Under the pieces are notes generated by a model. That model saw nothing but the letters and a program-made list of their open reading frames with translations. It ran no database searches and had not been told where the DNA came from. Of a stretch of DNA of 64,000 nucleotides, positions 28,000 through 40,999 are shown in pieces. How positions within the stretch are numbered: the stretch's first letter is position 1; each line of letters opens with the position of its first letter. Origin of the DNA: the human T2T-CHM13v2.0 reference genome, Homo sapiens; the NCBI RefSeq assembly GCF_009914755.1, contig NC_060943.1; one strand, given 5' to 3'. The position numbers were made by a program, and so were the translations under genes.

Positions 28000-30900
28000 G
28001 TGGAATTTGCAAGTGGAGATTTCAGCCGCTTTGAGGTCAATGGTAGAATAGGAAATATCTTCCTATAGAAACTAGACAGAATGATTCTCAGAAACTCCTT
28101 TGTGATGTGTGCGTTCAACTCACAGAGTTCAACCTTTCTTTTCATAGAGCAGTTGGGAAACACTCTGTTTGTAAAGTCTGCAAGTGGATATTCAGACTTC
28201 TTTGAGGCCTTCGTTGGAAGCGGGATTTCTTCATATTCTGCTAGACAGAAGAATTCTCAGTAACTGCCTTGTGTTGTGTGTATTCAACTCACAGAGTTGA
28301 ACGATCCTTTACACAGAGCAGACTTGAAACACTCTTTTTGTGGAATTTGCAAGTGGAGATTTCAGCCGCTTTGAGTTCAATGGTAGAATAGGAAATATCT
28401 TCCTATAGAAACTAGACAGAATGATTCTCAGAAACTCCTTTGTGATGTGTGCGTTCAACTCACAGAGTTCAACCTTTCCTTTCATAGAGCAGTTGGGAAA
28501 CACTCTGTTTGTAATGTCTGCAAGTGGATATTCAGACTTCTTTGAGGCCTTCGTTGGAAGCGGGATTTCTTCATGTTCTGCTAGACAGAAGAATTCTCAG
28601 TAACTTCCTTGTGTTGTGTGTATTCAACTCACAGAGTTGAACGATCCTTTACACAGAGCAGACTTGAAACACTCTTTTTGTGGAATTTGCAAGTGGAGAT
28701 TTCAGCCGCTTTGAGGTCAATGGTAGAATAGGAAATATCTTCCTATAGAAACTAGACAGAATGATTCTCAGAAACTCCTTTGTGATGTGTGCGTTCAACT
28801 CACAGAGTTTAACCTTTCTTTTCATAGAGCAGTTGGGAAACACTCTGTTTGTAAAGTCTGCAAGTGGATATTCAGACATCCTTGAGGCTTTCGTTGGAAA
28901 CGGGATTTCTTCATATTCTGCTAGAAAGAAGAATTCTCAGTAACTTCCTTGTGTTGTGTGTATTCAACTCACAGAGTTGAACGATCCTTTACACAGAGCA
29001 GACTTGAAACACTCTTTTTGTGGAATTTGCAAGTGGAGATTTCAGCCGCTTTGAGTTCAATGGTAGAATAGGAAATATCTTCCTATAGAAAGTACACAGA
29101 ATGATTCTCAGAAACTGCTTTGTGATGTGTGCGTTCAACTCACAGAGTTCAACCTTTTTTTCATAGAGCAGTTGGGAAACACTCTGTTTGTAAAGTCTGC
29201 AAGTGGATATTCAGACTTCTTTGAGGCCTTCGTTGGAAGCGGGATTTCTTCATATTCTGCTAGAAAGAAGAATTCTCAGTAACTTCCTTGTGTTGTGTGT
29301 ATTCAACTCAAAGAGTTGAACGATCCTTTACACAGAGCAGACTTGAAACACTCTTTTTGTGGAATTTGCAAGTGGAGATTTCAGCCGCTTTGAGGTCAAT
29401 GGTAGAATAGGAAATATCTTCCTATAGAAACTAGACAGAATGATTCTCAGAAACTCCTTTGTGATGTGTGCGTTCAACTCACAGAGTTCAACCTTTCTTT
29501 TCATAGAGCAGTTGGGAAACACTCTGTTTGTAAAGTCTGCAAGTGGATATTCAGACTTCTTTGAGGCCTTCGTTGGAAGCGGGATTTCTTCATGTTCTGC
29601 TAGACAGAAGAATTCTCAGAAACTTCCTTGTGTTGTGTGTTTTCAACTCACAGAGTTGAACGATCCTTTACACAGAGCAGACTTGAAACACTCCTTTTGT
29701 GGAATTTGCAAGTGGAGATTTCAGCCGCTTTGAGGTCAATGGTAGAATAGGAAATATCTTCCTATAGAAAGTAGACAGAATGATTCTCAGAAACTCCTTT
29801 GTGATGTGTGCGTTCAACTCACAGAGTTTAACCTTTCTTTTCATAGAGCAGTTAGGAAACACTCTGTTTGTAAAGTCTGCAAGTGGATATTCAGACCTCC
29901 TTGAGGCCTTCGTTGGAAACAGGATTTCTTCATATTCTGCTAGACAGAAGAATTCTCAGTAACTTCCTTGTGTTGTGTGTATTCAACTCACAGAGTTGAA
30001 CGATCCTTTACACAGAGCAGACTTGAAACACTCTTTTTGTGGAATTTGCAAGTGGAGATTTCAGCCGCTTTGAGTTCAATGGTAGAATAGGAAATATCTT
30101 CCTATAGAAACTAGACAGAATGATTCTCAGAAACTCCTTTGTGATGTGTGCGTTCAACTCACAGAGTTCAACCTTTCTTTTCATAGAGCAGTTGGGAAAC
30201 ACTCTGTTTGTAAAGTCTGCAAGTGGATATTCAGACTTCTTTGAGGCCTTCGTTGGAAGCGGGATTTCTTCATATTCTGCTAGACAGAAGAATTCTCAGT
30301 AACTGCCTTGTGTTGTGTGTATTCAACTCACAGAGTTGAACGATCCTTTACACAGAGCAGACTTGAAACACTCTTTTTGTGGAATTTGCAAGTGGAGATT
30401 TCAGCCGCTTTGAGGTCAATGGTAGAATAGGAAATATCTTCCTATAGAAACTAGACAGAATGATTCTCAGAAACTCCTTTGTGATGTGTGCGTTCAACTC
30501 ACAGAGTTCAACCTTTCTTTTCATAGAGCAGTTGGGAAACACTCTGTTTGTAAAGTCTGCAAGTGGATATTCAGACTTCTTTGAGGCCTTCGTTGGAAGC
30601 GGGATTTCTTCATATTCTGCTAGACAGAAGAATTCTCAGTAACTGCCTTGTGTTGTGTGTATTCAACTCACAGAGTTGAACGATCCTTTACACAGAGCAG
30701 ACTTGAAACACTCTTTTTGTGGAATTTGCAAGTGGAGATTTCAGCCGCTTTGAGGTCAATGGTAGAATAGGAAATATCTTCCTATAGAAACTAGACAGAA
30801 TGATTCTCAGAAACTCCTTTGTGATGTGTGCGTTCAACTCACAGAGTTTAACCTTTCTTTTCATAGAGCAGTTAGGAAACACTCTGTTTGTAAAGTCTGC

Positions 30901-33900
30901 AAGTGGATATTCAGACCTCCTTGAGGCCTTCGTTGGAAACAGGATTTCTTCATATTCTGCTAGACAGAAGAATTCTCAGTAACTTCCTTGTGTTGTGTGC
31001 ATTCAACTCACAGAGTTGAACGATCCTTTACACAGAGCAGACTTGAAACACTCTTTTTGTGGAATTTGCAAGTGGAGATTTCAGCCGCTTTGAGTTCAAT
31101 GGTAGAATAGGAAATATCTTCCTATAGAAACTAGACAGAATGATTCTCAGAAACTCCTTTGTGATGTGTGCGTTCAACTCACAGAGTTCAACCTTTCTTT
31201 TCATAGAGCAGTTGGGAAACACTCTGTTTGTAAAGTGTGCAAGTGGATATTCAGACTTCTTTGAGGCCTTCGTTGGAAGCGGGATTTCTTCATATTCTGC
31301 TAGACAGAAGAATTCTCAGTAACTGCCTTGTGTTGTGTGTATTCAACTCACAGAGTTGAACGATCCTTTACACAGAGCAGACTTGAAACACTCTTTTTGT
31401 GGAATTTGCAAGTGGAGATTTCAGCCGCTTTGAGGTCAATGGTAGAATAGGAAATATCTTCCTATAGAAACTAGACAGAATGATTCTCAGAAACTCCTTT
31501 GTGATGTGTGCGTTCAACTCACAGAGTTCAACCTTTCTTTTCATAGAGCAGTTGGGAAACACTCTGTTTGTAAAGTCTGCAAGTGGATATTCAGACTTCT
31601 TTGAGGCCTTCGTTGGAAGCGGGATTTCTTCATATTCTGCTAGACAGAAGAATTCTCAGTAACTGCCTTGTGTTGTGTGTATTCAACTCACAGAGTTGAA
31701 CGATCCTTTACACAGAGCAGACTTGAAACACTCTTTTTGTGGAATTTGCAAGTGGAGATTTCAGCCGCTTTGAGTTCAATGGTAGAATAGGAAATATCTT
31801 CCTATAGAAACTAGACAGAATGATTCTCAGAAACTCCTTTGTGATGTGTGCGTTCAACTCACAGAGTTCAACCTTTCCTTTCATAGAGCAGTTGGGAAAC
31901 ACTCTGTTTGTAATGTCTGCAAGTGGATATTCAGACTTCTTTGAGGCCTTCGTTGGAAGCGGGATTTCTTCATGTTCTGCTAGACAGAAGAATTCTCAGT
32001 AACTTCCTTGTGTTGTGTGTATTCAACTCACAGAGTTGAACGATCCTTTACACAGAGCAGACTTGAAACACTCTTTTTGTGGAATTTGCAAGTGGAGATT
32101 TCAGCCGCTTTGAGGTCAATGGTAGAATAGGAAATATCTTCCTATAGAAACTAGACAGAATGATTCTCAGAAACTCCTTTGTGATGTGTGCGTTCAACTC
32201 ACAGAGTTTAACCTTTCTTTTCATAGAGCAGTTGGGAAACACTCTGTTTGTAAAGTCTGCAAGTGGATATTCAGACATCCTTGAGGCTTTCGTTGGAAAC
32301 GGGATTTCTTCATATTCTGCTAGAAAGAAGAATTCTCAGTAACTTCCTTGTGTTGTGTGTATTCAACTCACAGAGTTGAACGATCCTTTACACAGAGCAG
32401 ACTTGAAACACTCTTTTTGTGGAATTTGCAAGTGGAGATTTCAGCCGCTTTGAGTTCAATGGTAGAGTAGGAAATATCTTCCTATAGAAAGTACACAGAA
32501 TGATTCTCAGAAACTGCTTTGTGATGTGTGCGTTCAACTCACAGAGTTCAACCTTTCTTTTCATAGAGCAGTTGGGAAACACTCTGTTTGTAAAGTCTGC
32601 AAGTGGATATTCAGACTTCTTTGAGGCCTTCGTTGGAAGCGGGATTTCTTCATATTCTGCTAGAAAGAAGAATTCTCAGTAACTTCCTTGTGTTGTGTGT
32701 ATTCAACTCAAAGAGTTGAACGATCCTTTACACAGAGCAGACTTGAAACACTCTTTTTGTGGAATTTGCAAGTGGAGATTTCAGCCGCTTTGAGGTCAAT
32801 GGTAGAATAGGAAATATCTTCCTATAGAAACTAGACAGAATGATTCTCAGAAACTCCTTTGTGATGTGTGCGTTCAACTCACAGAGTTCAACCTTTCTTT
32901 TCATAGAGCAGTTGGGAAACACTCTGTTTGTAAAGTCTGCAAGTGGATATTCAGACTTCTTTGAGGCCTTCGTTGGAAGCGGGATTTCTTCATGTTCTGC
33001 TAGACAGAAGAATTCTCAGAAACTTCCTTGTGTTGTGTGTTTTCAACTCACAGAGTTGAACGATCCTTTACACAGAGCAGACTTGAAACACTCCTTTTGT
33101 GGAATTTGCAAGTGGAGGTTTCAGCCGCTTTGAGGTCAATGGTAGAATAGGAAATATCTTCCTATAGAAAGTAGACAGAATGATTCTCAGAAACTCCTTT
33201 GTGATGTGTGCGTTCAACTCACAGAGTTTAACCTTTCTTTTCATAGAGCAGTTAGGAAACACTCTGTTTGTAAAGTCTGCAAGTGGATATTCAGACCTCC
33301 TTGAGGCCTTCGTTGGAAACAGGATTTCTTCATATTCTGCTAGACAGAAGAATTCTCAGTAACTTCCTTGTGTTGTGTGTATTCAACTCACAGAGTTGAA
33401 CGATCCTTTACACAGAGCAGACTTGAAACACTCTTTTTGTGGAATTTGCAAGTGGAGATTTCAGCCGCTTTGAGTTCAATGGTAGAATAGGAAATATCTT
33501 CCTATAGAAACTAGACAGAATGATTCTCAGAAACTCCTTTGTGATGTGTGCGTTCAACTCACAGAGTTCAACCTTTCCTTTCATAGAGCAGTTGGGAAAC
33601 ACTCTGTTTGTAAAGTCTGCAAGTGGATATTCAGACTTCTTTGAGGCCTTCGTTGGAAGCGGGATTTCTTCATATTCTGCTAGACAGAAGAATTCTCAGT
33701 AACTGCCTTGTGTTGTGTGTATTCAACTCACAGAGTTGAACGATCCTTTACACAGAGCAGACTTGAAACACTCTTTTTGTGGAATTTGCAAGTGGAGATT
33801 TCAGCCGCTTTGAGGTCAATGGTAGAATAGGAAATATCTTCCTATAGAAACTAGACAGAATGATTCTCAGAAACTCCTTTGTGATGTGTGCGTTCAACTC

Positions 33901-34100
33901 ACAGAGTTCAACCTTTCTTTTCATAGAGCAGTTGGGAAACACTCTGTTTGTAAAGTCTGCAAGTGGATATTCAGACTTCTTTGAGGCCTTCGTTGGAAGC
34001 GGGATTTCTTCATATTCTGCTAGACAGAAGAATTCTCAGTAACTGCCTTGTGTTGTGTGTATTCAACTCACAGAGTTGAACGATCCTTTACACAGAGCAG
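28000..34100 (+). repeat. 10-dimer tandem duplication (offset 3399-3400) with an internal 3-dimer repeat
   Basis: Private SNVs GTAATGTC (28515/31914) and CTCAAAGAG (29311/32711). L-F-F triplets with an AACAGG box start at 29780, 30800 and 33180. Confidence 0.88.
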
Positions 34101-34429
34101 ACTTGAAACACTCTTTTTGTGGAATTTGCAAGTGGAGATTTCAGCCGCTTTGAGGTCAATGGTAGAATAGGAAATATCTTCCTATAGAAACTAGACAGAA
34201 TGATTCTCAGAAACTCCTTTGTGATGTGTGCGTTCAACTCACAGAGTTTAACCTTTCTTTTCATAGAGTAGTTAGGAAACACTCTGTTTGTAAAGTCTGC
34301 AAGTGGATATTCAGACATCCTTGAGGCTTTCTTTGGAAACGGGATTTCTTCATATTCTGCTAGAAAGAAGAATTCTCAGTATCTTCCTTGTGTTGTGTGT
34401 ATTCAACTCACAGAGTTGAACGATCCTTT

Positions 34430-37400
34430 ACACAGAGCAGACTTGAAACACTCTTTTTGTGGAATTTGCAAGTGGAGATTTCAGCCGCTTTGAGGTCAAT
34501 GGTAGAATAGGAAATATCTTCCTATAGAAACTAGACAGAATGATTCTCAGAAACTTCTTTGTGATGTGTGCGTTCAACTCACACAGTTTAACCTTTCTTT
34601 TCATAGAGCAGTTAGGAAACACTCTGTTTGTAAAGTCTGCAAGTGGATATTCAGAACTCCTTGAGGCCTTCGTTGGAAACGGGATTTCTTCATATTATGC
34701 TAGACAGAAGAATTCTCAGTAACTTCCTTGTGTTGTGTGTATTCAACTCACAGAGTTGAACGATCCTTTACACAGAGCAGACTTGAAACACTCTTTTTGT
34801 GGAATTTGCAAGTGGATATTTCAGCCGCTTTGAGTTCAATGGTAGAATAGGAAATATCTTCCTATAGAAACTAGACAGAATGATTCTCAGAAACTCCTTT
34901 GTGATGTGTGCGTTCAACTCACAGAGTTCAACCTTTCTTTTCATAGAGCAGTTGGGAAACACTCTGTTTGTAAAGTCTGCAAGTGGATATTCAGACTTCT
35001 TTGAGGCCTTCGTTGGAAGCGGGATTTCTTCATGTTCTGCTAGACAGAAGAATTCTCAGAAACTTCCTTGTGTTGTGTGTTTTCAACTCACAGAGTTGAG
35101 CGATCCTTTACACAGAGCAGACTTGAAACACTCCTTTTGTGGAATTTGCAAGTGGAGATTTCAGCCGCTTTGAGGTCAATGGTAGAATAGGAAATATCTT
35201 CCTATAGAAAGTAGACAGAATGATTCTCAGAAACTCCTTTGTGATGTGTGCGTTCAACTCACAGAGTTTAACCTTTCTTTTCATAGAGCAGTTAGGAAAC
35301 ACTCTGTTTGTAAAGTCTGCAAGTGGATATTCAGACCTCCTTGAGGCCTTCGTTGGAAGCGGGATTTCTTCATGTTCAGCTAGACAGAAGAATTCTCAGA
35401 AACTTCCTTGTGTTGTGTGTTTTCAACTCACAGAGTTGAACGATCCTTTACACAGAGCAGACTTGAAACACTCCTTTTGTGGAATTTGCAAGTGGAGATT
35501 TCAGCCGCTTTGAGGTCAATGGCAGAATAGGAAATATCTTCCTATAGAAACTAGACAGAATGATTCTGAGAAATCCTTTGTGATGTGTGCGTTCAACTCA
35601 CAGAGTTTAACCTTTCTTTTCATAGAGCAGTTAGTAAACACTCTGTTTTTAAAGTCTTCAAGTGGATATTCAGACCTCCTTGAGGCCTTCGTTGGAAACG
35701 GGATTTCTTCATATTATGCTAGACAGAGGAATTCTCAGGAACTTCCTTGTGTTGTGTGTATTCAACTCACAGAGTTGAACGATCCTTTACACAGAGCAGA
35801 CTTGAAACACTCTTTTTGTGGAATTTGCAAGTGGAGATTTCAGCCGCTTTGAGTTCAAAGGTAGAATAGGAAATATCTTCCTATAGAAAGTACACAGAAT
35901 GATTCTCAGAAACTGCTTTGTGATGTGTGCGTTCAACTCACAGAGTTCAACCTTTCTTTTCATAGAGCAGTTGGGAAACACTCTGTTTGTAAAGTCTGCA
36001 AGTGGATATTCAGACTTCTTTGAGGCCTTCGTTGGAAGCGGGATTTCTTCATATTCTGCTAGACAGAAGAATTCTCAGTAACTTCCTTGTGTTGTGTGTA
36101 TTCAACTCACAGAGTTGAACGATCCTTTACACAGAGCAGACTTGAAACACTCTTTTTGTGGAATTTGCAAGAGGAGATTTCAGCCGCTTTGAGGTCAATG
36201 GTAGAATAGGAAATATCTTCCTATAGAAACTAGACAGAATGATTCTCAGAAACTTCTTTGTGATGTGTGCGTTCAACTCACACAGTTTAACCTTTCTTTT
36301 CATAGAGCAGTTAGGAAACACTCTGTTTGTAAAGTCTGCAAGTGGATATTCAGACCTCCTTGAGGCCTTCGTTGGAAACGGGATTTCTTCATATTATGCT
36401 AGACAGAAGAATTCTCAGTAACTTCCTTGTGTTGTGTGTATTCAACTCACAGAGTTGAACGATCCTTTACACAGAGCAGACTTGAAACACTCTTTTTGTG
36501 GAATTTGCAAGTGGATATTTCAGCCGCTTTGAGTTCAATGGTAGAATAGGAAATATCTTCCTATAGAAACTAGACAGAATGATTCTCAGAAACTCCTTTG
36601 TGATGTGTGCGTTCAACTCACAGAGTTCAACCTTTCTTTTCATAGAGCAGTTGGGAAACACTCTGTTTGTAAAGTCTGCAAGTGGATATTCAGACTTCTT
36701 TGAGGCCTTCGTTGGAAGCGGGATTTCTTCATGTTCTGCTAGACAGAAGAATTCTCAGAAACTTCCTTGTGTTGTGTGTTTTCAACTCACAGAGTTGAAC
36801 GATCCTTTACACAGAGCAGACTTGAAACACTCCTTTTGTGGAATTTGCAAGTGGAGATTTCAGCCGCTTTGAGGTCAATGGTAGAATAGGAAATATCTTC
36901 CTATAGAAAGTAGACAGAATGATTCTCAGAAACTCCTTTGTGATGTGTGCGTTCAACTCACAGAGTTTAACCTTTCTTTTCATAGAGCAGTTAGGAAACA
37001 CTCTGTTTGTAAAGTCTGCAAGTGGATATTCAGACCTCCTTGAGGCCTTCGTTGGAAGCGGGATTTCTTCATGTTCAGCTAGACAGAAGAATTCTCAGAA
37101 ACTTCCTTGTGTTGTGTGTTTTCAACTCACAGAGTTGAACGATCCTTTACACAGAGCAGACTTGAAACACTCCTTTTGTGGAATTTGCAAGTGGAGATTT
37201 CAGCCGCTTTGAGGTCAATGGTAGAATAGGAAATATCTTCCTATAGAAACTAGACAGAATGATTCTGAGAAATCCTTTGTGATGTGTGCGTTCAACTCAC
37301 AGAGTTTAACCTTTCTTTTCATAGAGCAGTTAGTAAACACTCTGTTTTTAAAGTCTTCAAGTGGATATTCAGACCTCCTTGAGGCCTTCGTTGGAAACGG

Positions 37401-37730
37401 GATTTCTTCATATTATGCTAGACAGAGGAATTCTCAGGAACTTCCTTGTGTTGTGTGTATTCAACTCACAGAGTTGAACGACCCTTTACACAGAGCAGAC
37501 TTGAAACACTCTTTTTGTGGAATTTGCAAGTGGAGATTTCAGCCGCTTTGAGTTCAAATGTAGAATAGGAAATATCTTCCTATAGAAAGTACACAGAATG
37601 ATTCTCAGAAACTGCTTTGTGATGTGTGCGTTCAACTCACAGAGTTCAACCTTTCTTTTCATAGAGCAGTTGGGAAACACTCTGTTTGTAAAGTCTGCAA
37701 GTGGATATTCAGACTTCTTTGAGGCCTTCG
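34430..37730 (+). repeat. 5-dimer tandem duplication (offset 1699)
   Basis: Dimers 34540-35899 repeat at 36239-37598. Shared markers: AAACTTCTTT, GTGGATATTT in the A monomer, GTTCAGC, and the divergent dimer. Confidence 0.88.
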
Positions 37731-40700
37731 TTGGAAGCGGGATTTCTTCATGTTCTGCTAGACAGAAGAATTCTCAGAAACTTCCTTGTGTTGTGTGTTT
37801 TCAACTCACAGAGTTGAACGATCCTTTACACAGAGCAGACTTGAAACACTCCTTTTGTGGAATTTGCAAGTGGAGATTTCAGCCGCTTTGAGGTCAATGG
37901 TAGAATAGGAAATATCTTCCTATAGAAAGTAGACAGAATGATTCTCAGAAACTCCTTTGTGATGTGTGCGTTCAACTCACAGAGTTTAACCTTTCTTTTC
38001 ATAGAGCAGTTAGGAAACACTCTGTTTGTAAAGTCTGCAAGTGGATATTCAGTCCTCCTTGAGGCCTTCGTTGGAAACAGGATTTCTTCATATTCTGCTA
38101 GACAGAAGAATTCTCAGTAACTTCCTTGTGTTGTGTGCATTCAACTCACAGAGTTGAACGATCCTTTACACAGAGCAGACTTGAAACACTCTTTTTGTGG
38201 AATTTGCAAGTGGAGATTTCAGCCGCTTTGAGTTCAATGGTAGAATAGGAAATATCTTCCTATAGAAACTAGACAGAATGATTCTCAGAAACTCCTTTGT
38301 GATGTGTGCGTTCAACTCACAGAGTTCAACCTTTCTTTTCATAGAGCAGTTGGGAAACACTCTGTTTGTAAAGTCTGCAAGTGGATATTCAGACTTCTTT
38401 GAGGCCTTCGTTGGAAGCGGGATTTCTTCATATTCTGCTAGACAGAAGAATTCTCAGTAACTGCCTTGTGTTGTGTGTATTCAACTCACAGAGTTGAACG
38501 ATCCTTTACACAGAGCAGACTTGAAACACTCTTTTTGTGGAATTTGCAAGTGGAGATTTCAGCCGCTTTGAGGTCAATGGTAGAATAGGAAATATCTTCC
38601 TATAGAAAGTAGACAGAATGATTCTCAGAAACTCCTTTGTGATGTGTGCGTTCAACTCACAGAGTTCAACCTTTCTTTTCATAGAGCAGTTGGGAAACAC
38701 TCTGTTTGTAAAGTCTGCAAGTGGATATTCAGACTTCTCTGAGGCCTTCGTTGGAAGCGGGATTTCTTCATATTCTGCTAGACAAAAGAATTCTCAGTAA
38801 CTGCCTTGTGTTGTGTGTATTCAACTCACAGAGTTGAACGATCCTTTACACAGAGCAGACTTGAAACACTCTTTTTGTGGAATTTGCAAGTGGAGATTTC
38901 AGCCGCTTTGAGGTCAATGGTAGAATAGGAAATATCTTCCTATAGAAACTAGACAGAATGATTCTCAGAAACTCCTTTGTGATGTGTGCGTTCAACTCAC
39001 AGAGTTTATCCTTTCTTTTCATAGAGCAGTTAGGAAACACTCTGTTTGTAAAGTCTGCAAGTGGATATTCAGACATCCTTGAGGCTTTCGTTGGAAACGG
39101 GATTTCTTCATATTCTGCTAGAAAGAAGAATTCTCAGTAACTTCCTTGTGTTGTGTGTATTCAACTCACAGAGTTGAACGATCCTTTACACAGAGCAGAC
39201 TTGAAACACTCTTTTTGTGGAATTTGCAAGTGGAGATTTCAGCCGCTTTGAGGTCAATGGTAGAATAGGAAATATCTTCCTAAAGAAACTAGACAGAATG
39301 ATTCTCAGAAACTCCTTTGTGATGTGTGCGTTCAACTCACAGAGTTTAACCTTTCTTTTCATAGAGCAGTTGGGAAACACTCTGTTTGTAAAGTCTGCAA
39401 GTGGATATTCAGACATCCTTGAGGCTTTCGTTGGAAACGGGATTTCTTCATATTCTGCTAGAAAGAAGAATTCTCAGTAACTTCCTTGTGTTGTGTGTAT
39501 TCAACTCACAGAGTTGAACGATCCTTTACACAGAGCAGACTTGAAACACTCTTTTTGTGGAATTTGCAAGTGGAGATTTCAGCCGCTTTGAGGTCAATGG
39601 TAGAATAGGAAGTATCTTCCTATAGAAACTAGACAGAATGATTCTCAGAAACTCCTTTGTGATGTGTGCGTTCAACTCACAGAGTTCAACCTTTCTTTTC
39701 ATAGAGCAGTTGGGAAACACTCTGTTTGTAAAGTCTGCAAGTGGATATTCAGACTTCTTTGAGGCCTTCGTTGGAAGCGGGATTTCTTCATGTTCTGCTA
39801 GACAGAAGAATTCTTAGAAACTTCCTTGTGTTGTGTGTTTTCAACTCACAGAGTTGAACGATCCTTTACACAGAGCAGACTTGAAACACTCCTTTTGTGG
39901 AATTTGCAAGTGGAGATTTCAGCCGCTTTGAGGTCAATGGTAGAATAGGAAATATCTTCCTATAGAAACTAGACAGAATGATTCTCAGAAACTCCTTTGT
40001 GATGTGTGCGTTCAACTCACAGAGTTTAACCTTTCTTTTCATAGAGCAGTTAGGAAACACTCTGTTTGTAAAGTCTGCAAGTGGATATTCAGACATCCTT
40101 GAGGCTTTCGTTGGAAACGGGATTTCTTCATATTCTGCTAGAAAAAAGAATTCTCAGTAACTTCCTTGTGTTGTGTGTATTCAACTCACAGAGTTGAACG
40201 ATCCTTTACACAGAGCAGACTTGAAACACTCTTTTTGTGGAATTTGCAAGTGGAGATTTCAGCCGCTTTGAGTTCAATGGTAGAATAGGAAATATCTTCC
40301 TATAGAAACTAGACAGAATGATTCTCAGAAACTCCTTTGTGATGTGTGCGTTCAACTCACAGAGTTCAACCTTTCTTTTCATAGAGCAGTTGGGAAAAAC
40401 TCTGTTTGTATAGTCTGCAAGTGGATATTCAGACTTCTTTGAGGCCTTCGTTGGAAGCGGGATTTCTTCATATTCTGCTAGACAGAAGAATTCTCTGTAA
40501 CTTCCTTGTGTTGTGTGTATTCAACTCACAGAGTTGAACGATCCTTTACACACAGCAGACTTGAAACACTCTTTTTGTGGAATTTGCAAGTGGAGATTTC
40601 AGCCGCTTTGAGTTCAAGGGTAGAATAGGAAATATCTTCCTATAGAAACTAGACAGAATGATTCTCAGAAAGTCCTTTGTGATGTGTGCGTTCAACTCAC

Positions 40701-40999
40701 AGAGTTCAACCTTTCTTTTAATAGAACAGTTGGGAAACACTCTGTTTGTAAAGTCTGCAAGTGGATATTCAGACTTCTTTGAGGCCTTCGTTGGAAGCGG
40801 GATTTCTTCATATTCTGCTAGACAGAAGAATTCTCAGTAACTTCCTTGTGTTGTGTGTATTCAACTCACAGAGTTGAACGATCCTTTACACAGAGCAGAC
40901 TTGAAACACTCTTTTTGTGGAATTTGCAAGTGGAGATTTCAGCCGCTTTGAGGTCAATGGTAGAATAGGAAATATCTTCCTATAGAAACTACACAGAAT

